Positions 9,516-16,887 are shown, counted from the first letter of the stretch. The stretch: 32,000 bases of DNA from an archaeon (GCA_024275415.1 JAJRZD010000031.1:1-32000); one strand, 5' to 3'. The notes: a model not told the origin generated them from the sequence alone. Program-made: numbers and translations.

Positions 9516-9860
9516 TTGTGGAACCATCTATATTCGTGTAATCCCAAGATTCAAGCGTTTGCCGTGATTGAGAACAAGGCTGTCATATGGCAGACTGAGA
9601 ATTGGAATCTTGTGAAGAGTGTGGATCACCTCTTAGAAGCAGTGTTCCTTTCGAGTGACACAATCGAGCTCTCTAAGGTGCGCTATAAAGTCACCAAGGC
9701 GACTGGAGATACGCTCATCGCATCTTCGCCGGATGGCAATGGGCATATATTGATGGTTCGGACAAAGAAAGGCATCTGGCTTGTGGCTTGGGCGACTTCA
9801 GACTCGATACCAGATCTGACACTCATAGACCTACGATATGCCGCCGCGAAGATGGCATGA
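9516..9860 (+). CDS. Asgard profilin-like protein (copy 2, tandem paralog)
   Basis: Aligns along its length with 9050..9430 (QAFAVI, WQTENW, GNGHIL, WLVAWAT). TTG start at 9516, or possibly in-frame CTG at 9501 behind SD GAGGTG (9485-9490). Confidence 0.7.
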   Translation: MWNHLYSCNPKIQAFAVIENKAVIWQTENWNLVKSVDHLLEAVFLSSDTIELSKVRYKVTKATGDTLIASSPDGNGHILMVRTKKGIWLVAWATSDSIPDLTLIDLRYAAAKMA

Positions 9861-9972
9861 CAGCAACATCCATGTGAACGATTCTCACCGGATGAGCATA
9901 CATCTCATCTCCACTCCACATAAAGAATAAGAGGAGAAGTGTTCAAAGATACTATTGGAGTGGAATTCATTA

Positions 9973-10206
9973 TTGACCGTGACAGCATTCATCCTTCTTA
10001 CCGTCGAAATGGCATCTCAACGGGACATCCTGAATAAAATTCGTGCACTTGATGGGGTTTTAGAGGCTCATCTTATCTTTGGGTCATTCGATATCATAGT
10101 CAAGGCAGAATTTTCAAGTAAGGAGGAGCTAAGTGTATTCGTAATGGACAGGATCAAGTCGATTCCTGGTGTTGGTGACACACAGACCAATATTGCTGCC
10201 GTGTGA
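9973..10206 (+). CDS. Stand-alone Lrp/AsnC ligand-binding (RAM) domain protein
   Basis: TAFILL...GVLEAHLIFGSFDIIVK...IKSIPGVGDTQT pattern; no HTH. Start placed at TTG 9973 (ORF track starts at 9955). Confidence 0.85.
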   Translation: MTVTAFILLTVEMASQRDILNKIRALDGVLEAHLIFGSFDIIVKAEFSSKEELSVFVMDRIKSIPGVGDTQTNIAAV

Positions 10207-10276
10207 TTTTCTACGTCCGTACAAGTTAATCTGGATGAGGCAGTGGTTCTCACCATGATTGCTATCCCAGTCACGC

Positions 10277-11008
10277 TTACTTGAAGATGAGTTCCCTGAT
10301 TCTTCTATGAATATCGATATACTCTTGAGACCCAAAAGCATACGTCTGTAGCAGGAAGTCGTACAGGTCGAGAACCTCCTTGTCTGCGATATCGCTCTTG
10401 ATCTTCTTGACAATCTCTTTTCTAGCAGCAAGTTCGACCTTGAATGCTTCGAGTTTCAACTCGATGAACTTTTTCATCTCTTCTTTTGTCAACTGGATAT
10501 CGAAGTGCTGGAACATCTTCTCGACCATGTATTTGCTCTTCCTGCGCAACATTTTCTCGTCAGCTGCACTCAGCACTCCAGTAACAAGAACGAACCCATC
10601 AGCAGTTCTCCTGTAGTAATCAGTGGTTCGTTTCCCGGTGGTGACAGTCCCAAGCTTGATGACGAATCCAGCCTCGATGAGCTTGGGAAGGTGATGGTAG
10701 ACCTGATTCTTTGTGACACACTCGATATGTTCCAGCTCTTCTGATTTTTTGACAATCTCGACAACAGACATCGCCTTCCGTATTACTTCCTTCTGGCGAA
10801 TGATCGTATCACCGGTTTCAGGATCCTTTGTGGTAGTGGTCTTTGTGTCTTCAATCCCCGTCCTGAGCACCTGAAGAATTGCCAGCCTTACTGTGTCGTC
10901 GAGCTCCTTGGCCCGATTCACATCACCAATGAACTCGACTTCGGGAACCGGTTTTTTTGCCTCCGGAGTCAGCTCGATGCCCTCTAAGGCATCTGTAATG
11001 TCATCCAT
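10277..11008 (-). CDS. ArsR-like winged-helix transcriptional regulator
   Basis: LDDTVRLAILQVL helix, KNQVYHHLPKLIEAGFV recognition helix, wing TGKRTTDYY; SD GGTGA. Confidence 0.85.
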   Translation of the reverse strand: MDDITDALEGIELTPEAKKPVPEVEFIGDVNRAKELDDTVRLAILQVLRTGIEDTKTTTTKDPETGDTIIRQKEVIRKAMSVVEIVKKSEELEHIECVTKNQVYHHLPKLIEAGFVIKLGTVTTGKRTTDYYRRTADGFVLVTGVLSAADEKMLRRKSKYMVEKMFQHFDIQLTKEEMKKFIELKLEAFKVELAARKEIVKKIKSDIADKEVLDLYDFLLQTYAFGSQEYIDIHRRIRELIFK

Positions 11009-11086
11009 TCTATCACCAGAATCAGCGTTCTTTCTCTGCCATACCCTCCTTTTTTTGATATTTTAACATTTTGCTATACCACAGTA

Positions 11087-11123
11087 TATATCAACATCGG
11101 TTTATACACCGAATGTTCATATA
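11087..11123. promoter_or_regulatory. Imperfect inverted repeat (candidate operator) in the divergent promoter
   Basis: TATATCAACATCGGT(11087-101)-N6-ACCGAATGTTCATATA(11108-123), one mismatch and one bulge; overlaps a TATATAT box at 11085-11091. Confidence 0.5.
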
Positions 11124-11146
11124 GCAAATAGTTTGTTATCCAAACC

Positions 11147-11153
11147 TTTATAT
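11147..11153 (+). promoter_or_regulatory. Putative TATA box of the micropeptide operon
   Basis: CAAACC-TTTATAT about 30 nt upstream of SD AGGTGA (11185-11190). Confidence 0.5.
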
Positions 11154-11200
11154 CGTTCTGATACTTAAGAAGCGTACAACCAATAGGTGATTTGACGAAT

Positions 11201-11293
11201 ATGAGAAACACAGACATGAACTCGATACGAAAGAAGAGAACTCATCAGACTACCACTGATGCGATATACCACGCGTATACTTACAGGAGGTAA
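11201..11293 (+). CDS. Micropeptide A, 30 aa: MRNTDMNSIRKKRTHQTTTDAIYHAYTYRR
   Basis: ATG preceded by SD AGGTGA; first of three tandem SD-led small ORFs; C-terminus similar to micropeptide B. Confidence 0.6.
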   Translation: MRNTDMNSIRKKRTHQTTTDAIYHAYTYRR

Positions 11294-11299
11294 GACAGA

Positions 11300-11380
11300 A
11301 TGGCACTTTCAAAGAAACAAGTACCAAAGAAACCGGTCACAACACAAGCTCTCCACTTCGCATTTGTGTACAATAGGTGA
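11300..11380 (+). CDS. Micropeptide B, 26 aa: MALSKKQVPKKPVTTQALHFAFVYNR
   Basis: Strong SD AGGAGGT (11285-11291) 8 nt upstream; C-terminus similar to micropeptide A. Confidence 0.65.
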   Translation: MALSKKQVPKKPVTTQALHFAFVYNR

Positions 11381-11386
11381 TCCCTA

Positions 11387-11503
11387 ATGTCAAATGCATC
11401 AGAAACATCCGAGCGGCGAAACCTGCAAGATTCACCGATCCATGATATGTTGCGCAAGAAGGAAATCGCCCTTGAGGATGTCTTAAATCTAGAGGCGACC
11501 TAG
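11387..11503 (+). CDS. Micropeptide C, 38 aa: MSNASETSERRNLQDSPIHDMLRKKEIALEDVLNLEAT
   Basis: SD AGGTGA (11375-11380) 6 nt upstream; protein-like amphipathic composition; stop codon lies within the terminator hairpin. Confidence 0.65.
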   Translation: MSNASETSERRNLQDSPIHDMLRKKEIALEDVLNLEAT

Positions 11504-11521
11504 TCGCCATTTCTTTTTTTT
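11494..11521 (+). terminator. Hairpin plus T-tract terminator
   Basis: GGCGAC-CTA-GTCGCC followed by ATTTCTTTTTTTT. Confidence 0.7.
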
Positions 11522-11538
11522 CTAATTCAAGGTATGCA

Positions 11539-12357
11539 TTATTTCCGAAACACTATCTGGTAGAATGCATCATTCATTACATAAGACACCTCGATATCTT
11601 TTGCCTTATCCGGAATATGCTCCAATGGTGGCTTTGCTGCGAAGAGACTGTTCGCTTTGATGATTTGTTTCCCTCTCTCAGTTTCTCTCAATGTAGGTGA
11701 TATCCCTTCATCGACGACTACCACAAAACCCCCCTTCCTTGCTATCCTCAACATCTCATTCAATGCTTTTGCTATATCTGAGAATGTGTTGATCCCGCCA
11801 GTATGAAGGACTACATCGAACAAATTGTCGTGATAAGGGATATTGAATACGCTGCCATGAGTGAGGTTGATGGTCAACCCGATGTTCATTGCTTTCCGTT
11901 GGGAAACACGTAGCATCCCCCATGAAACATCTAGTCCGTGAAGGTCAAGGCGCCTCATCTGGTCATCGAACGTTTCTTTCAGTGCAACGAAGTTTGCCGC
12001 AGTTCCTATGCTCACATCCATTATTCGTGATGTGTCCTCGATTGGTACGAACTGGGAGAATCGTTGTCGCTCCTCCAACATGTTGATGCCAAGCCAGTCG
12101 TCATATTGCTTTACCGCCTGGTCGTAGCCCTCCGCCATCTCGTCGTATTCAGCAATCCATTCCTTGTCCTCCTTACTCAGGTCGGGATATAGCAAGCTGG
12201 GAATTCCTTCTTCAATTGGCCATTGGTGTCCTTTTTCACATACTAAGGCCCCATTCTCGACTCCATTGTGATTTTCTGAGAGTTCTGATATCCTTAGCCC
12301 CCTCTTGCATCTAGGACAGCATAAGATATTGATATGTGATGGCATCATGATAATCAA
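11539..12357 (-). CDS. Class I SAM-dependent methyltransferase with N-terminal Trm112-like zinc-ribbon
   Basis: ILCCPRCK...LVCEKGHQWPIEEGIP, motif I variant MDVSIGTA, GLDVSWGML, FDVV, LNEMLRIARKGG. Confidence 0.85.
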   Translation of the reverse strand: MIIMMPSHINILCCPRCKRGLRISELSENHNGVENGALVCEKGHQWPIEEGIPSLLYPDLSKEDKEWIAEYDEMAEGYDQAVKQYDDWLGINMLEERQRFSQFVPIEDTSRIMDVSIGTAANFVALKETFDDQMRRLDLHGLDVSWGMLRVSQRKAMNIGLTINLTHGSVFNIPYHDNLFDVVLHTGGINTFSDIAKALNEMLRIARKGGFVVVVDEGISPTLRETERGKQIIKANSLFAAKPPLEHIPDKAKDIEVSYVMNDAFYQIVFRK

Positions 12358-12416
12358 TTCTCGCCATGGTCAAATACTAACCAGTATTTCTACTCATCGT
12401 GGGATATGTTGTCCTA

Positions 12417-13256
12417 TCATGTAGGCCTTTTTCCTAGCCAGCCAGTCAACGATTCTATCGTGGACAGCACTGTCTTCACTACTTGCCATTGTATCATGAC
12501 AATCAAAGGATTTCGAATATGGAGCCCCCAGGGCTTTTGACTATCAGAGGTTGGATTGAACACAGCAATGCTTTCGTTTCCATCGACGACTATGATTGAC
12601 ATGGCATCAGGATCTCCACCGATGGATTCTAACTTGATTTCTTGGAGCACATGTCCAATGTTCTCAACTAACACCGCGGAGCTTGGTATCGCACTGTGAA
12701 TTACCATATAATGTTTGAACTCGCTGAATTTATCCATCAGAGTACCTGTTGTATGCAGTTCAGACACGACCCCTCTACTCTTTGCCCTTGCCAGAGCGCT
12801 CCTGAGAGGGCTGACAAGCGAAGGTCGTCGGGTTGCAATGAATATAGACTTTCTCGCTCTATCAAAGGTAGAGATGATGTCCAGAGTGATCTGTTCTTTC
12901 CCCTGCGTCGTCCAAACGAATTCTTCTCCAATGGATTCCCTTTCCCTTTCTAAGGTTTCAAGCGCTGTGAGAACAGCATCACTTGAGGCTTCCAGCTTCA
13001 TACGTAGGTGTTCAATGGTGGCCCTAGGCGGGAGTGCCTGAAAAGTGGCAGGTTCCTTTCCAAGGATGCGTTGGACAAAACCTTTCCTTTCAAGTGATCC
13101 AAGAGTTTCGTACACTTTGCTTCGTGGAACTCCTGATATTTCTGCAATCCTTCTCGCATTCGAACTACCTACCATGACCAATGCCTTGTACGCTCTGGCT
13201 TCGTTGAATGTGAGCCCGAGCTTTGTCAGGTCATCAACAATCGAGTCTGAGATCAA
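12417..13256 (-). CDS. TrmB-family transcriptional regulator
   Basis: LTKLGLTFNEARAYKALV...ISGVPRSKVYETLGSLERKGFV and a PLD-like effector domain. Start placed at TTG 13256 (ORF track starts at 13283). Confidence 0.9.
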   Translation of the reverse strand: MISDSIVDDLTKLGLTFNEARAYKALVMVGSSNARRIAEISGVPRSKVYETLGSLERKGFVQRILGKEPATFQALPPRATIEHLRMKLEASSDAVLTALETLERERESIGEEFVWTTQGKEQITLDIISTFDRARKSIFIATRRPSLVSPLRSALARAKSRGVVSELHTTGTLMDKFSEFKHYMVIHSAIPSSAVLVENIGHVLQEIKLESIGGDPDAMSIIVVDGNESIAVFNPTSDSQKPWGLHIRNPLIVMIQWQVVKTVLSTIESLTGWLGKRPT

Positions 13257-13301
13257 ACCTGTTCCCCAACCACACCGTTGCACAGTAATATATCAATTAG
13301 C

Positions 13302-13423
13302 TGTCACTTTAGGAGTAACACAGTGGATGCTGGTTTTGCATCTTCTGTTTCTAGAACCGAGGAATCCTCAGAAACGACTTGTCCAAGTTCTCCTGATTCC
13401 GTCCTGTTACTCCCAACGTGACA
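13302..13423. ncRNA. Candidate multi-stem structured leader/element closed by a 19-bp inverted repeat
   Basis: TGTCACTTTAGGAGTAACA / TGTTACTCCCAACGTGACA (17 of 19 complementary) enclosing three smaller hairpins. Confidence 0.35.
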
Positions 13424-13460
13424 TCAGTCCTAAATCCACTTTTGTCCAATACCACTTGAG

Positions 13461-14423
13461 TTGATGTCTTTGATTGAAATCGACCATCTAAGCCATGTTT
13501 ACAAAGGTGGGATTAAGGCTCTTGATGATCTTTCGTTCTCTGTTGAAGAGGGAGAGATACTCGGGTTACTCGGTCCTAATGGTGCAGGAAAATCAACATG
13601 CGTGAAGATGATCACAGGAGCAATCCGGCCGAGTTGTGGCAGTGTTCGGGTATCAGGGTACGAGGTTTTCAGGAACCTCCGGAAGGTGCGTCATATCATC
13701 GGGGTGATGCCCCAAGAAACAGCTCTCTATCAGGATCTTACAGCTCAAGAAACCCTTGAATATCATGCTGATATCTATGGTGTGCCACGAGAGGTTCGGG
13801 ATGACCGGATCGCAGAGATGCTGAAACTTGCAGGACTGTCCCTTCGTAAGGACGACCTTGTCAAGACTTATTCGGGAGGAATGAAACGAAGGCTGGCTCT
13901 TGTTCGGGCACTATTACATGATTCGAAACTACTGATATTGGATGAGATGAGTCTGGGTATCGATGTTCAGAGCCGTAACCTCATCTGGCAACAGGTGAAG
14001 ATGCTCAAAAAGGAGGGCAAGACAATCATCTTTTGCACGAACTACATGGACGAGGCAGATGAGCTGGCTGACAGGCTGGTAATCATTGACCGAGGCAGAC
14101 TGGTAGCAGAAGGGTCTCCCCAGAGCCTCAAAAAAACACATGTCGGAAATTTCATCATCGAGCTAGAGTTCAGGGGACTTACAGATGAGCAAGACCAATC
14201 TTGGATCAGTGAGCAGATTGGCCTAGAGGTAGAGTTGGCTTCAGAGAATGAGGATCCCGGCATACAAACCGCAAGAATCCAGAGCGAAGACGGATACAAT
14301 GATTTGCCACAGGTCATCCGAATCCTTTCGAACCTCGGGATCACGGTCAGACAGGCCTCGATGCGCTCCCCCTCATTGGGTGATGTGTTCCTTACAATAA
14401 CAGGCTCCAAGCTGAGGGATTGA
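13461..14423 (+). CDS. ABC-2/DrrA-type exporter ATP-binding subunit
   Basis: Walker A GPNGAGKS, signature YSGGM, Walker B LLILDE; the H-loop reads TNY instead of THY. Confidence 0.95.
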   Translation: MMSLIEIDHLSHVYKGGIKALDDLSFSVEEGEILGLLGPNGAGKSTCVKMITGAIRPSCGSVRVSGYEVFRNLRKVRHIIGVMPQETALYQDLTAQETLEYHADIYGVPREVRDDRIAEMLKLAGLSLRKDDLVKTYSGGMKRRLALVRALLHDSKLLILDEMSLGIDVQSRNLIWQQVKMLKKEGKTIIFCTNYMDEADELADRLVIIDRGRLVAEGSPQSLKKTHVGNFIIELEFRGLTDEQDQSWISEQIGLEVELASENEDPGIQTARIQSEDGYNDLPQVIRILSNLGITVRQASMRSPSLGDVFLTITGSKLRD

Positions 14424-15559
14424 TAGTGGTGTTACGTCAACTAGCTGCGATTATCAGGAAAGATTTACGTATTGCCCGCAGAGACCCCCGATTCATCGCG
14501 CCTTCCCTCATTGTCCCATTCATTCTTCTCAGTGTATATCTCGTTCTGTGGTCCTCTGTGGGCGGGGGGGAGTCTTTTGTCTGTGGGCTCGTTGTCGAGG
14601 ACCAGACCTCATTCGGTGAAGAGATGGCAAAGATCATTGAAACTATGAAATCGTCAACCAACCATACTTGGTTCTCGGTCACCCGGTATGGCCTTGATGA
14701 GGCTGAACAGCTGTTCCTTCAGGGCGATTTGATTGCATACATCATCATACCTGATGGGTTCGGTGCTAACATCTCAAATAACCAGGATGCAACGGTGCTC
14801 ATGAGAATCAATAACGCCAATGATGACATCGTAAAGAACTATGTGCACAGAATTGAAGCTGCTGTTCTTCTCTACAATCAAGGCGCACGCTCCCCTGATT
14901 TCAACCAAAGCGAAGCCAAGGTTTCTCTTGAGGAGTATCATACGCTTGATATAACCCCTGGCAATGTTGAATATGCCGGAGCTGTAACTATAATCCTGTC
15001 GCTGATAACCTGTTCTCTTGCAGGACAAGTAATGAATACATCTTCCGAGTTCGAAAGCAAAGCAATAGAAGACACTTTGAACTCTCCAATCTCTCGTTGG
15101 GTGTTGGTCGTTGGGCTTACTCTGTCAGCAATCCCTAGGTCGGTACTTGTGCTGGTCATCGTCTTCCCAATCGTATCGCTAATCGTGGGTATCTCGCCCG
15201 TAGGAAATCCCATTCTTCTGGTGCTTGTTGTGCTTCTCTCAGTGCTTGCTCTGACCCCGCTAGGACACTTCATTGGAGTACTCACTAGAGAGAGGGAGAA
15301 GGCCCTGCTCGTTTCGGTGCTATTGGCAGTCATAGGATTCTTGGCTGGAGGAGGTCTGGCACCAGTATCTCTATTGCCCCTCCTCTTCAGGGTAGTGGCA
15401 CTGCTTATCCCTATCTCACATGTCATCATCCTCTGGACTCGCCTGTTCTTCTATGATACAATGTCCGGCTTACTGCTCAGTATCTTTGCTCTGCTTGCCA
15501 CTTGGGTACTCTTCACCCTTGCCGCGGTCTATGTCACGAATAAGGAGGTTGAAGGATAA
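14420..15559 (+). CDS. ABC-2 type exporter permease
   Basis: N-terminal AIIRKDLRIARRD plus TM, extracytoplasmic domain and five C-terminal TMs; overlaps the ATPase stop. Confidence 0.9.
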   Translation: MIVVLRQLAAIIRKDLRIARRDPRFIAPSLIVPFILLSVYLVLWSSVGGGESFVCGLVVEDQTSFGEEMAKIIETMKSSTNHTWFSVTRYGLDEAEQLFLQGDLIAYIIIPDGFGANISNNQDATVLMRINNANDDIVKNYVHRIEAAVLLYNQGARSPDFNQSEAKVSLEEYHTLDITPGNVEYAGAVTIILSLITCSLAGQVMNTSSEFESKAIEDTLNSPISRWVLVVGLTLSAIPRSVLVLVIVFPIVSLIVGISPVGNPILLVLVVLLSVLALTPLGHFIGVLTREREKALLVSVLLAVIGFLAGGGLAPVSLLPLLFRVVALLIPISHVIILWTRLFFYDTMSGLLLSIFALLATWVLFTLAAVYVTNKEVEG

Positions 15560-16695
15560 TGGGTTACTTTCTTCGTGTCTTGAGAGCAACTATCTTGAAG
15601 GAAATCAGGATTCTGCGTAGGAACAAGGTCACGATTGGTCTTGTTGTCCTTGCTCCACTAATGTTCTGGTCTGGCTTCGTGTTATTGATGGGAGGTGTAT
15701 ATTCGCAAGGCATTGAGGCTGGTCTTGTTGTGCTTGAAACAGAACCTGGCTACTTCACAAATGGGCTCATCGAGATCTTGGGAGCACCAGACGAGATTCC
15801 GCCGAACCTCATCCTTAGAGAGATGGACAATGACACAGCGTCAGCACTCTTCAAAACGGGCGAGATAATGCTGGTAATAGTAATTCCTGATGGGTTCGAG
15901 GAATCGTTATCTCAGAATGAGTCTACAAGTGTAGGGATCTGGGTGAACAACTTCCATGAGGACATGACCAAAAACCTAAGGATGCCTGTGATTCGAAAAC
16001 TAGACCTCTTCTATCAGACCTATCTCGGTGAAGATGCTTCAGTAGACTTTGACTACACCCTGCTTCGTCCCTATACGTATCCTCGCCTCGGGTACATGAC
16101 ATGGACCATGTCAATATATGCGGTAATGTTTGGAGCGCTGTTCATGGGTGGGTCGCTGATGACACAAGAGTTCGAGGACAAGACTATCGAGGAAATCGAA
16201 ATGGCGAGTCACTCTCCCGCAGCAATCACTGTGGGGAAGTTGCTGACCGGGGCGTCCATCGGTTTTATTGCTCCCCCCGTCCTGTTGCTTCTTGGTTTCG
16301 TTGGTTTTGGGATCTGGCCAAAAGGTGACATTATCACTTACATGCTTCTGTCATTGCCATTGTCTATAACCGCCTCTGGTATCGGAATCATACTGGGCTC
16401 TCTTGTGAAGCATTCCGTGTATATTGTTCCAATCTCGGCTCTTTCGTCCCTCTTCTACTGGATAATGGGCGGAGGGATGGTTCCTCTTCTTATCGCAGGT
16501 CTGAGTTTTGGTATAGCTGATACGTATTCTCCCATCTCGAATGCTTACAGGTCACTTACAGAGATGTTTGTTGATGGCACATCCAGTTCCCTATTTGTTG
16601 ATGCAGGCATACTATGGATGGCAGCTGTCGCATTCCTACTTTTTGCTCATCTTGCTGTGAAAAGGCTTTTGCGCCTCGGCAATCGTACTTTGTGA
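15559..16695 (+). CDS. ABC-2 type exporter permease (second)
   Basis: ATILKEIRILRR, TQEFEDKTIEE, GKLL, SPISNA motifs; translationally coupled to the first permease. Confidence 0.9.
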   Translation: MGYFLRVLRATILKEIRILRRNKVTIGLVVLAPLMFWSGFVLLMGGVYSQGIEAGLVVLETEPGYFTNGLIEILGAPDEIPPNLILREMDNDTASALFKTGEIMLVIVIPDGFEESLSQNESTSVGIWVNNFHEDMTKNLRMPVIRKLDLFYQTYLGEDASVDFDYTLLRPYTYPRLGYMTWTMSIYAVMFGALFMGGSLMTQEFEDKTIEEIEMASHSPAAITVGKLLTGASIGFIAPPVLLLLGFVGFGIWPKGDIITYMLLSLPLSITASGIGIILGSLVKHSVYIVPISALSSLFYWIMGGGMVPLLIAGLSFGIADTYSPISNAYRSLTEMFVDGTSSSLFVDAGILWMAAVAFLLFAHLAVKRLLRLGNRTL

Positions 16696-16718
16696 ATTGG
16701 ACAACATTGGGTCTAATC

Positions 16719-16741
16719 GTGTTTCTCTCAGAGAGCAACAC
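16719..16741. terminator. Hairpin after the ABC operon
   Basis: GTGTT-T-CTCTC-A-GAGAG-C-AACAC inverted repeat. Confidence 0.3.
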
Positions 16742-16887
16742 AGGAACCAACTCCGTGAATGACAAAGCATGAATGCTACCGTGAATCATCCCACGTTTTG
16801 CCTCCCTCTCTGAATTGAACTCGACATGCTATTATATGGGTGCTGCACATAGTCGTGAGTCAATCTCTGATGAGAGGAGCGAGAAAA

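Noticed and set aside
11201-11503. Classical RiPP biosynthetic gene cluster
   Set aside because: No lanthipeptide, YcaO, radical-SAM, P450 or peptidase-ABC gene is adjacent, and the peptides have no Cys or double-glycine leader. RiPP is retained only as a minor hypothesis.
13365-13371. CUGAGGA...GAAA on the - strand (hammerhead-like)
   Set aside because: There is no stem II with a G-C closing pair between the motifs.
13302-13423. Confirmed MITE or IS remnant
   Set aside because: Ends read TGT...ACA, but the flanks (TTAGC / TCAGT) show no target-site duplication, there is no second copy in the window and no transposase is present.
16867-16886. CTGATGA...GAAA resembling a hammerhead ribozyme core
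   Set aside because: The intervening GAGGAGCGA cannot form stem II, and the stretch is explained by the SD of the MFS gene.
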